The position numbers and the translations under genes are program-made. The notes beneath the pieces are model-generated. The model did not search any database. It was not told the DNA's origin and saw only the letters and a program-made list of their open reading frames with translations. A stretch of 63,643 nucleotides of DNA, filler included, from Stramenopiles sp. TOSAG23-2 (taxonomy: Eukaryota): NCBI GenBank assembly GCA_900128395.1. It is 10 parts of 10 records of this genome, joined end to end, with 100 filler letters (N's around TTAATTAATTAA, not from the genome) between each part and the next. Parts side by side here need not be neighbours in the genome. Positions count along the whole stretch, not along the records: positions 30,440 to 37,931 come from LT650310.1; positions 38,032 to 45,520 come from LT650311.1; 8 more parts are not named here. One strand, given 5' to 3'. Position 1 is the stretch's first letter; the number at the start of each line of letters is the position of its first letter. Shown here piece by piece: positions 33,204-42,872 of the stretch.

Positions 33204-34262
33204 ATGTCTGGGCAACATATATTTAAATGTGCGACACAAAATAATCCAAAAAAAATACCTGATAAAAAAATTACTTTAAGTTTTGGTACGAAAATTAATG
33301 GAAAAGTATTAGTATCTAAAATCAAACATGCAGATGTAGAAGTGCGATTGAACGCATTGAAAGCATATTGTGATCAAATTAATATGCCACAATTTGCCGT
33401 ATCGTTTCTATCCGCTGGTGTCGTTCCAGCATTATATAACCTTGTAAAAGATGAATCAAGTGATATACGTGCATTATTGCCATATGCTATTAGCCAAACA
33501 ACAAAATCACCAGGTGGTGTTTCAGAGTTGGTTAAAGGTGGAATGGACAATATGAAACCATTGTTGCATGATGATGTAGAACAAGTGCGTTCAAATACAT
33601 ATAAAGAATTGGAAACCATATTAAAAAATACATTGTGTTTAAATGCATTAGTTGCAAATGGATACATTGATGTATTAGTTAGTAGAGCTAGTAATGAAAT
33701 ACCAAAATTTCAACCTCGTGCTTTAAAAATATTGTATATGTGTTTATTATGCCCTGATACGACTGGTTTGTTATTGGCGATTGATGCAGGTGCTGTTGAT
33801 ATTGCCATGTTGCATTTGAAAAGTGAAAATAATCAATCGATTGAATATGCTACGAAAATTATAGGTTTATTATGCAGTGAACAAGGACCATTGCAAAAAG
33901 TCATTAATTCTAGTGATGGTATACCTACATTAATGTCATTATTAAATGGTACAAATGTAGCAACTATTGCTGGTAGTGCAGCTGCATTGATGGTTATATT
34001 AAGTGATGATCAAGCTAAATTTAAATATGTCGATGCAGATGGCATACAAACCATTATAAAATTAATTCAACATACAGATCGTGCTGTATTGTTACATGTG
34101 TTGAAAATGATTAGTGTGCTAGCACCACATCCTAAAGCAAAAGTTGAATTAAATACACCTGTTGTTATCAGTCGTTTGGAAAGCATGGAAGTGGATACAG
34201 TTGATTTATTAGTTGGAAAATGTGCACGTATTGCAAAGGAATTGATTTTACGAATGCCATGA
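33204..34262 (+). CDS. RSPH14: Radial spoke head protein 14 homolog (armadillo repeats)
   Basis: 352-aa all-ARM protein. N-terminal TLSFG...KIKHADVEVRLNALKAYCD.INMP and C-terminal APHPKAK...A.IA.ELI..P fit recalled RSPH14/RTDR1. Confidence 0.7.
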   Translation: MSGQHIFKCATQNNPKKIPDKKITLSFGTKINGKVLVSKIKHADVEVRLNALKAYCDQINMPQFAVSFLSAGVVPALYNLVKDESSDIRALLPYAISQTTKSPGGVSELVKGGMDNMKPLLHDDVEQVRSNTYKELETILKNTLCLNALVANGYIDVLVSRASNEIPKFQPRALKILYMCLLCPDTTGLLLAIDAGAVDIAMLHLKSENNQSIEYATKIIGLLCSEQGPLQKVINSSDGIPTLMSLLNGTNVATIAGSAAALMVILSDDQAKFKYVDADGIQTIIKLIQHTDRAVLLHVLKMISVLAPHPKAKVELNTPVVISRLESMEVDTVDLLVGKCARIAKELILRMP

Positions 34263-34879
34263 TGAACTGGGAATGATAATGATGAAAAGATTTGTTTTGC
34301 TGTGATATATATTGGCGAATGACGAGATGGAGGGTAATATATATGTGTATAACATACGATATATTTGTAATTTTTAAAAAAATGCCATATACACAATCTA
34401 TATATTAGAAATATATATTTTACATTTTTGCATGCACATTTTCCTTCTTTTCTTTTCCATTTCCCGAAAAAATAACAAAATATCAAATGACCAATAATTT
34501 GTACTTAAACGGGAAATTAGAATACCAGCTCCGGTTTTAGTTTATCAGATTTTAGCCGATTTTTTTCAATGCTGTGCCTTTATAAATAAAATTTAAAACA
34601 GCACAGTATTGGATCAAAAATCTGATCGAACCTTATTCTCAGTACAACGACGTAATAAAACGACACATGGAAAATTATTATTGGGAATTTAAAAATTGGA
34701 AAAAAAAAAATATATATATATACATGGAAGAGAGAGAGAAAGTGATAAACAACATGAAACAAAAGAGAAAACGATTAATGATATAATTCTAACGTTATTT
34801 GTGTCAGGAAAAATACTGTATAATAATATCACACTTATTACATATATATATATATATATAATATTACACGATTGCAAAT

Positions 34880-35407
34880 ATGTCACGCGCAAGATTATTT
34901 TTATCACGTCATTTTACTGCAGCAACAGTAGCAAAAAAAGGAAGAAGTGCATCACGTTCTGATATGTACCCAGGGGATGGTGAAGGAAAAATTACTTACT
35001 TACATACCATGATACGTGTTTTCGATCTTGATAAATCGGTAAATTTTTTCAAAACATTAGGCCTTATTGAAACACGAAGAAGTGAAGTCCCTCCAGGTCG
35101 ATTTACGTTACTGTTTATGGCATCAGAAATGGGAGCTCCAGAAATTGAACTAACATATAACTGGGATGAAGAAAAAAATTATACTGAAGGTAGAAATTTC
35201 GGGCATCTTGCTTTCGCTGTTGATAATATTTATGATATCTGCCATGAATTACAGGAGAGCGGTGTACAAATTGTTAGGCCACCACGTGATGGTATGATGG
35301 CTTTTGTTCGCTCACCTGATAATATTTCCGTTGAATTGTTACAAAAAGGAAAAGCATTAAAACCAGAAGAACCATGGACATCGATGGAAAATTCACCACC
35401 ATGGTAA
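34880..35407 (+). CDS. gloA: Lactoylglutathione lyase (glyoxalase I), short proteobacterial type, with an N-terminal presequence
   Basis: [59 protein letters not shown]. Arg/Ser-rich leader [12 protein letters not shown]. Confidence 0.9.
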   Translation: MSRARLFLSRHFTAATVAKKGRSASRSDMYPGDGEGKITYLHTMIRVFDLDKSVNFFKTLGLIETRRSEVPPGRFTLLFMASEMGAPEIELTYNWDEEKNYTEGRNFGHLAFAVDNIYDICHELQESGVQIVRPPRDGMMAFVRSPDNISVELLQKGKALKPEEPWTSMENSPPW

Positions 35408-35753
35408 GATGCATTTTTTAAAATATTTATTTAAAAAAATACGAACGTATAAAAAATATTTAATCTTATATAGTCGTCGATTACATTTAAAAGACAGAGG
35501 GTATGTGTATATAATGTGGAGGAGAAAAATAGAGAAATTTACAAATTACAGAAATTTCGTTACACACGCTACACGTTTTATTAAAATATTTTTTGTCTTA
35601 AAATAAACACATCTCAAGAGAAATAAAAAAACAATACTTCCAAAATTTTACAATACCCGCGTATTTTTTACAACATCGCACACACAACACACACATGCAC
35701 ATCTATATTATATCGCTCTTTGTCTCTTCTTCTCAATCTTTCTTTTTATTTAT

Positions 35754-37931
35754 TTATTTCATTTTACCACTATTAAAATATGCTTTCCAAAATACATGCC
35801 ATTCTCCACCTTCCGTTGGTTTACGTAATGCAGGTAACTTTTGATCATTTAAAATACCTAAAGCAGATTGTGTTTGAGGTTTACAAAACCATTTATTCAG
35901 CAATAAAAAGCCTGGAACGACTGGAATCTCAACACTATCTTTTACTTCTTCGACATTTTTATTCTTCTTACCATCGGCTATTTTTTCTTCCTCTTTTCCA
36001 TCTTTTTTTTGCATCGTTTTCTTCTTTTTATTATCATCATCATCCATAGAAAAAGATTTAGAAATTAAAAACTTTCTTCCATGAAAACGAAAGATTTCAA
36101 TACGTAACAAAGCTTGTAGCAACAAACCACTTTCATTTGACACTTTATTTGAAAAATTCAAAGCAGCATCAACTGGATTTTTCCATGCAGACTCAAAACT
36201 TTCTTTACCATTTAATATGATATGATGTGCTAACATTTCAAGTGCAAAAAATGAATTATTCGATATACTTTGTGTCAAATTTAAATGCAATTCATTTCCA
36301 TATTTTGTATTTTCAACACCACCTTCTTTAAAATATATGGGCATCCATTGTTTAACAAGTGCATATGATAAACGACTTAAGATTAACTCCAATTTATACA
36401 ATTGTTCCTTCGTATATTTTTTTTTCATCATAAATGCACCATTAGACAACCATTTAGGATCTGCTTCATTCATCATGGAAAGATCCATACATGACTCTTT
36501 TATTGGCATCAATAAAACATCCGAATATGCCGTGCAAAAATCACCAATCCAATTGTTCCAAAATAAATCTAAAACATCTGCTTCAACAATAGATATACCA
36601 CCACAACGTTCTTTGGAACTACCATAATTAATACATATATCTACGGAATTTTTAGCAAGTTGAATCTTTTTCAACAAACCAATGTTTTGCTTCCAAGATA
36701 CGGTTGAATCTACGTGAAATAATTCTGCAGGTGGATTCCAAAACTTCTCATCATCGATATCCTTTAATGTTGTTGCAGGTATGTGTTCCCCTACTTTTTT
36801 ACGTGTATAATATTTATTCATTCCACTATTCCACCATTCTTTCATGGTAGTTGGATAATAGCAATACAAGGAAACACGCATGGATGCGGGTGGTTTCTTT
36901 TCAAAATCCGGAAATGGATTATATGAGAAAAAGCAATTCGATAGATCTTTCACACCTTTACCACCTTTTAACAATCGAGCCATTACACGCAATAACATAG
37001 GTGCTTTAGGGGAAAATCGATGTGGTATACCAAGTGTTACGGTGCTTAAATAATTAGAATTATCCATCCCAACTGCATTGTAAAAAACGGAGTGATCGAT
37101 TCGTGGATGATGTGGAGCAACAAATGCTGGTGGTGGCTCATTGTCATATCCTTCCTCATCATCTACCCCATCATTTTCCAATTGACCACCATGTGAACTC
37201 ATAAATCGCCAATGGTATTTTTTCCATTTTCCATTATGTGCTTTGCCTTCAAGTACAACTACCCATCGCAATGGTGGTGCACTAGTTGGTGGAAATACAC
37301 CATACGAATTTACAATTTTAAATGGAGAAAATATTCGATAGAAATTAACTAAATAGCCAAGGAATCCTTTTAAATTTGCTACAACTGGCCAATCCATCCA
37401 TGAATTATTGCACCATGAATTAAATACAAAATATCCACATCCACCAATCAGAATAAATACATATAAGATTGGTATGATGTAAGTATTAATGGTAAACATC
37501 ATTGGGCTCGTTATTGTTGTTGTTGCCACCATACTACGTTCCATTAAACAAAATTCTTTCCAAGTTAATATTGAATGTACATCTAACGTTTGTATGGACA
37601 TCATAGTTGTAAGTAAATTGAAATATCCAAAATTACCTGTAATTTGTATGCCAATCATTAGCGCAAAAAAAGATATCCCAGCACTTAATTTATACAGTCC
37701 GCCAACATATAATAAAAATGGCATAATCATTTCTACTATGAACATGACAACCAATGCAAATTTATGTACAGCTACTGGTAAATGATATCCTAACCATCCT
37801 AATCTGGTTGGTATTGGTTGCCCAATTAAAAATCCTTTAATGTAACAATGATGTTTAGCATTTGTTCCTAGAAATTTTAATTTTCCAAAACCAAGCATTA
37901 ATCTACCTAATAAATATCTATATAAAAATTG
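35754..37931 (-). CDS. Lipase maturation factor (LMF1/LMF2) family protein, 5'-truncated, with a long C-terminal extension
   Basis: RLMLGFGKLKF, QPIPT, IQITGNFGYFNLLT, IVNSYGVF, VAPHHPRID, NPFP motifs. The frame is open to the contig edge. Confidence 0.88.
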   Translation of the reverse strand, partial: QFLYRYLLGRLMLGFGKLKFLGTNAKHHCYIKGFLIGQPIPTRLGWLGYHLPVAVHKFALVVMFIVEMIMPFLLYVGGLYKLSAGISFFALMIGIQITGNFGYFNLLTTMMSIQTLDVHSILTWKEFCLMERSMVATTTITSPMMFTINTYIIPILYVFILIGGCGYFVFNSWCNNSWMDWPVVANLKGFLGYLVNFYRIFSPFKIVNSYGVFPPTSAPPLRWVVVLEGKAHNGKWKKYHWRFMSSHGGQLENDGVDDEEGYDNEPPPAFVAPHHPRIDHSVFYNAVGMDNSNYLSTVTLGIPHRFSPKAPMLLRVMARLLKGGKGVKDLSNCFFSYNPFPDFEKKPPASMRVSLYCYYPTTMKEWWNSGMNKYYTRKKVGEHIPATTLKDIDDEKFWNPPAELFHVDSTVSWKQNIGLLKKIQLAKNSVDICINYGSSKERCGGISIVEADVLDLFWNNWIGDFCTAYSDVLLMPIKESCMDLSMMNEADPKWLSNGAFMMKKKYTKEQLYKLELILSRLSYALVKQWMPIYFKEGGVENTKYGNELHLNLTQSISNNSFFALEMLAHHIILNGKESFESAWKNPVDAALNFSNKVSNESGLLLQALLRIEIFRFHGRKFLISKSFSMDDDDNKKKKTMQKKDGKEEEKIADGKKNKNVEEVKDSVEIPVVPGFLLLNKWFCKPQTQSALGILNDQKLPALRKPTEGGEWHVFWKAYFNSGKMK

Positions 37932-38306
37932 NNNNNNNNNNNNNNNNNNNNNNNNNNNNNNNNNNNNNNNNNNNNTTAATTAATTAANNNNNNNNNNNNN
38001 NNNNNNNNNNNNNNNNNNNNNNNNNNNNNNNATAAATAATAAATTTTATAATGCTGTGTCGCTGTAATTTCTTAATAATAATATGAATGATTTCAGCATT
38101 TTTTTTTTCTAAAAAAATTAAAAATAATAAAAGTTGCACCTGGCCCAACTGTGGCCCGCTGGTGCACCAGCTTTGCCTTTTTTAGTAAAAAGTTTAAATA
38201 AATCTAATGAACATATATAAATATATACACAGGATAGACAGATACACATCAAAGAACAAAAAACATATTGAAAGATACAATACAATCCCATATTATCATC
38301 AGCACC

Positions 38307-39248
38307 ATGAATACATATAATCGTGTGTTTACTACAATAAATCCATGTAAGCGTCGTTTACATTTAAATGTAATATCAGTTGTAACAATAATAATAATTT
38401 CCCTTTTTCAACGTATTAATGGTGGTAATTGGAATAAAATCTCTCCTAGTTGTAAATTAGGATTAGAGGAAGTTGGTAATAATACTGAATATCAAAAACA
38501 AGCTGATATTTTTAAAGAGTTAAATAAGGACAATTTGGAGACAAATTGTCCATGTAGCAACACACTTAATTGTAAATGCGATTTAGAAAAAACATGGTTA
38601 GGATTACGTGATATGAAAATAGCTTGCCAAAATGCACAAGGTATATTATGTTCAACAGATATTTATTCGACGTCTAAAGAACTATTTATTAAAAAAGAAT
38701 CATACCACTGTAAATCGTTGAAATGTACTGATGATGAATTTAGTCAAATAGATATTTGTAGCGATGAACGGAGCAATTGTGAAATAGAGTTGAAATGTTC
38801 AATTGCTGTGATAAATGTAAACGATGAAAAAAATGGGGCTATGATGATGAAATATTTAATACCAATTGGTATAGGTTCCGGTGTTATAATTATATGTTTG
38901 TTTATTTTTGGATTATTTCATATGTATCGTCAAGAAAGAGATGCACGTTGGTCTTTTGATGATACGAAGATGGTTGAAATGCAAACATCTGCTAGACATG
39001 TAAGAAATAAAATTTCGTTTTCAAATACAAGCCGTAATGGTAGTACTGCACGTAGAAGAACTGTTAGTTCTAGTACAATTGGTAGTAAAAGTGGTGGCTA
39101 CTCACAATTAAAAACAACATCGGAGGACGACAGTAATAATAATAATTCATATGTAGATGTTGATATAGATTTAATACGAAGAGGAGGTGATGGTGGTGGA
39201 GGAGGAGGAAGTAATAAAAATAAAAAACCAAAAGCTCAATTAGTGTAA
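38307..39248 (+). CDS. Single-pass membrane protein with Cys-rich ectodomain, unknown function
   Basis: ATG at 38307, hydrophobic signal-like segment, ~12 Cys, TM helix YLIPIGIGSGVIIICLFIFGLF, Ser-rich tail. Confidence 0.7.
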   Translation: MNTYNRVFTTINPCKRRLHLNVISVVTIIIISLFQRINGGNWNKISPSCKLGLEEVGNNTEYQKQADIFKELNKDNLETNCPCSNTLNCKCDLEKTWLGLRDMKIACQNAQGILCSTDIYSTSKELFIKKESYHCKSLKCTDDEFSQIDICSDERSNCEIELKCSIAVINVNDEKNGAMMMKYLIPIGIGSGVIIICLFIFGLFHMYRQERDARWSFDDTKMVEMQTSARHVRNKISFSNTSRNGSTARRRTVSSSTIGSKSGGYSQLKTTSEDDSNNNNSYVDVDIDLIRRGGDGGGGGGSNKNKKPKAQLV

Positions 39249-39776
39249 ATGTAGTTTGTGTGGGTGTGGGTAAATGCTTGTAAAAGTACGCGTAAAACTT
39301 TTTGTATTCTTCTGGTATATTATACTTCGTATATATATGATTTTTGTTATTATAAATATGGTGGTCTCGGGCATAAGTTGCCCGGGTACTTGACGTATTC
39401 TACGGCTTCTATCTAAAATAAGAGAATTATTTTTATATATATACCGATTATGCGTAACCTATATTATAGACTCACTACGTATGATACGTCATATCATACG
39501 AAGTCTGTACATATCATAAAATATATACGAGAAGTATAAGATATATTAATTCTCTTACTCATATATTTTTTATATGGGTACATATTACTTGTAATATAAT
39601 TTTATTAATGTGCACACACTTTAACGGCGCTAAAATATCATTTTTAATATATTATAAATATGGTTCAAATATATTGTTTTTTCCTTGCGGTACATTCACA
39701 CTTTTAATTTTCTGTTTTAGCAACCACATGGCATGATGATAGAGTACTATTATATATCATATAATAAATAATATTT

Positions 39777-41069
39777 TCACAATCGACTTTTCATTTTACG
39801 ATCTTTCTTTTTATGTTTTTCCATCCATCCAGGTGGTACATATTTCTTCTTTGGATCTGGCGTAATTACACCTTCTTTTTTTAATGCTTCAATTTCATTT
39901 TTATTCAAGTGGACAATCTTTTCTAAAATCTCGTCATTATGTTCTCCTAAGTCAGGAGCAATTCCCACTGGTGGTGCTGGAGTTTCACTATATTGTCCCA
40001 TGACACCGACGGTACTAACTTTTCCCCATGCAGGATGATCCACCTCAACAATATATCCATTTTCACGCATTTGAGGATGATTACGCACACCTTCATAATC
40101 AAGCACCGGTGCAATTGGCACACCAACTGGTGCTATTTTTTCAACCCAATAATCAGCTGTATTTGTTAAGAAATGTTTTTCAAGCCTTTGACGAAATGCA
40201 ATTCGATTTTCCCTCTTAAACCTCATTGCTGGTGTAGCATATCGCTCGTTCGTTAATAGATCCTCCACACCAGCAGCTTTACAAAATTTTGGATAATGAC
40301 TTTCTTCAACACATGGTGCAACACTAATCCATTTTCCATCTCCACATTTATAAAATGTCAATGAAATATTATTAAATCCACTTGGTTCTCCATCATCCCG
40401 TTGACGACCAGCTGCCATACTTGGAACAATATCAGTTGATTGAAATTGTATCATAGCACCCAATTGGGAGCATACAATCTTTTGTCCAACACCATGGCGT
40501 TCTCTTGCTACTATTCCAGCTAATATTTGTGCAGTAAAATTTAATGCTCCAACTTGATCTGCTAATCCCCACGGAGTATGAACAGGAGTATGCGATGGTC
40601 CACCCCCACTTGCAACCATTGCTCCACTTGCTGATTGTGAAATTGTATCAAAGGAACCACGTTCATTACCTTTTTTTGACCAAGGTCCATTATTACCAAA
40701 TCCAGAATTTGCACAGTAAATAATTTTTGGATTAATTGATTTACAATATTCATATCCGTATCCTAATCGATCCAGCACCCTTGGTTTAAAATTTTCAGTA
40801 ATAACATCTGCCCACATGATTAATTTGTTTAATATTGGTCTTGATTTTTCATGTTTTAAATTCAACTCTAACGAGTGTTTTCCACGGTTCAAGCTTTCAA
40901 AATATCCACTAAAACCAGAACGAACACGTCCAAATCCACGCCCGGTATCACCAACACCCGGAACTTCGATTTTTATCACTGTGGCACCTAAATCAGCTAA
41001 CATGACGGTCGCTGCTGGACCATTTTGAAATCGCGTAAAATCAAGTATATTAACTCCTTTCAATGCCAT
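39777..41069 (-). CDS. CoA-transferase family III (CaiB/BaiF), C-terminal PTS1 (SRL)
   Basis: ALKGVNILDFT..QNGP..LADLGA.VIKIE, NRGKHS, ENFKP, GFG..GP, catalytic-site Asp region SFD, APDLGEHN, ends KSRL. Confidence 0.92.
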   Translation of the reverse strand: MALKGVNILDFTRFQNGPAATVMLADLGATVIKIEVPGVGDTGRGFGRVRSGFSGYFESLNRGKHSLELNLKHEKSRPILNKLIMWADVITENFKPRVLDRLGYGYEYCKSINPKIIYCANSGFGNNGPWSKKGNERGSFDTISQSASGAMVASGGGPSHTPVHTPWGLADQVGALNFTAQILAGIVARERHGVGQKIVCSQLGAMIQFQSTDIVPSMAAGRQRDDGEPSGFNNISLTFYKCGDGKWISVAPCVEESHYPKFCKAAGVEDLLTNERYATPAMRFKRENRIAFRQRLEKHFLTNTADYWVEKIAPVGVPIAPVLDYEGVRNHPQMRENGYIVEVDHPAWGKVSTVGVMGQYSETPAPPVGIAPDLGEHNDEILEKIVHLNKNEIEALKKEGVITPDPKKKYVPPGWMEKHKKKDRKMKSRL

Positions 41070-41400
41070 AATTGTTATTACTACTATCGATCTTGTAGAA
41101 GAAGGAGGTATATATATATATAGTTATGGTATACACACACACACACACATATATACATACATGTATATATACCAGGTATAGTATCAATATTAATATTGGG
41201 GATGATTGGACCGACCCGACGGCGGTATTTTAAGGTATTGATAATGCTATTTCCATGTTAGAAATCAATATGCTGATATTACTCCAAAAAGAAAGAATAT
41301 TAGATCATCCCCGAGGAGAGATATATATATTACATTTTACATACTCGTACAAACAAACCGCGTATGTCCGTACCACTATATATATCATCATCATCTTTTC

Positions 41401-42131
41401 TCATGCATCATCATAGACGGTCTCTAACTCAACATTAATAGTGGAATTGATATCCATTAATTCATTATGAAGCAATTCAATTAAATCTTCCCCATTTCGT
41501 GTTGATACCCAACGCATGGTTTCGAAATTAAATTCAAAACGTTTTGGACCACTTGTTGGTGAACTAAACCAAATTTGTTGATTTGGACGTTGTTTATTCA
41601 AGACATATGTACCATGCCCATCACCTAAATGCATTGTTAATACACCTTGTGAATAATCAATATCTAAATCATCAAAGTAATCATCAAGTTCATCTAACAT
41701 AGATGATAAATCTTCTAAAAAATATTCAGCTTTTAAATCATATTCAGCTTCAGATGGAAAGAAGGCACTATTGCTAGCATTATTATCACTGGCGCTATAA
41801 TTACGTTTAATAAGATGATATGATGATGATGTATTATTATTATATTCATAGAATATTTAATCATATTATTATTATTATTATTATTATTTTTCAATGTTGA
41901 CAAGGTTGAAAAATATGTATTGTTGACATTATTTAATGCAGTATTATTGGAAAATACTGAATATTTATTTACATGAAAATTGTTTTGTACGTTTAATATT
42001 GTATTAAAGCTTGTGGAAGTCGTTGAGAAAGACGATAAAATATGTTTTCCATGATTATACTTATTATTATTATATCTTTTCCATGTCTTAAATATTAAAC
42101 CTGTTAATTTATTACTACTTTTATTAAACAT
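41401..42131 (-). CDS. FXN: Frataxin with mitochondrial presequence; apparent 1-nt frameshift at ~41842
   Basis: GVLTMHLG..GTYVLNKQRPNQQIWFSSPTSGPKRF. The frataxin frame is open to 41856 (includes KRNYS). The presequence ORF from 42131 is in another frame. Confidence 0.85.
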
Positions 42132-42409
42132 TTATGACTTTCTTTTTTTTTTTAATTATTATATTTTGACGTATCGGGTTATGAATTGATATTTTTCCAC
42201 TCTATTCGTATATGTGTTATTACTAGTAATATTTTGTTTCAAATCATATATAAACATATGTCTATTTCATTGTATATATATAAACTATTCCATTTCATTT
42301 TTCTTTGATCTCTACCATAATTTATATAAATATCAAATTCTATAAAAAAATTCATCAATTTGGTTGCCAGGTTGGTGCGTTGTTGTTGGTGATGATGAAT
42401 ACTGGGTAG

Positions 42410-42478
42410 GGAAATTAGAATATCAAAAAATACCATTATATAAAGGAAATTAGAATATCAAAAAATACCATTATATAA
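42410..42478. repeat. Two-copy 35-bp tandem duplication
   Basis: GGAAATTAGAATATCAAAAAATACCATTATATAA occurs twice in tandem in the divergent intergenic region. Confidence 0.85.
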
Positions 42479-42872
42479 TTTATAATTTATTTTTAATTAT
42501 AATTTAGAGTTGTACTACTACCTCCTATATATTATTAAATCTTCTACTATTTTCCGCCAATCAGAAGAACGTTATTTTTTTTTATTATATATTATTATTG
42601 GAATGGGTGTGTATGCATATAATTTCTGATAAAAAACATATAGAGATGATCTGCAATAACAGAAATACAGAGAGATAGATATTGTACAACTACTTCTTTC
42701 TTTATTCTTGTTACCACTTGTCATTCATATTCATTGTATTATATCGTGCGTGTGTATTGATATATATATATATTTATTTTTTGTTTCATACAATTTCTTA
42801 ATTTTTGTCATTTAATATTATATACCTTTCTATATTTTAGTACATTTTGAAAAAAAAAAAATAAAAAAAAAA

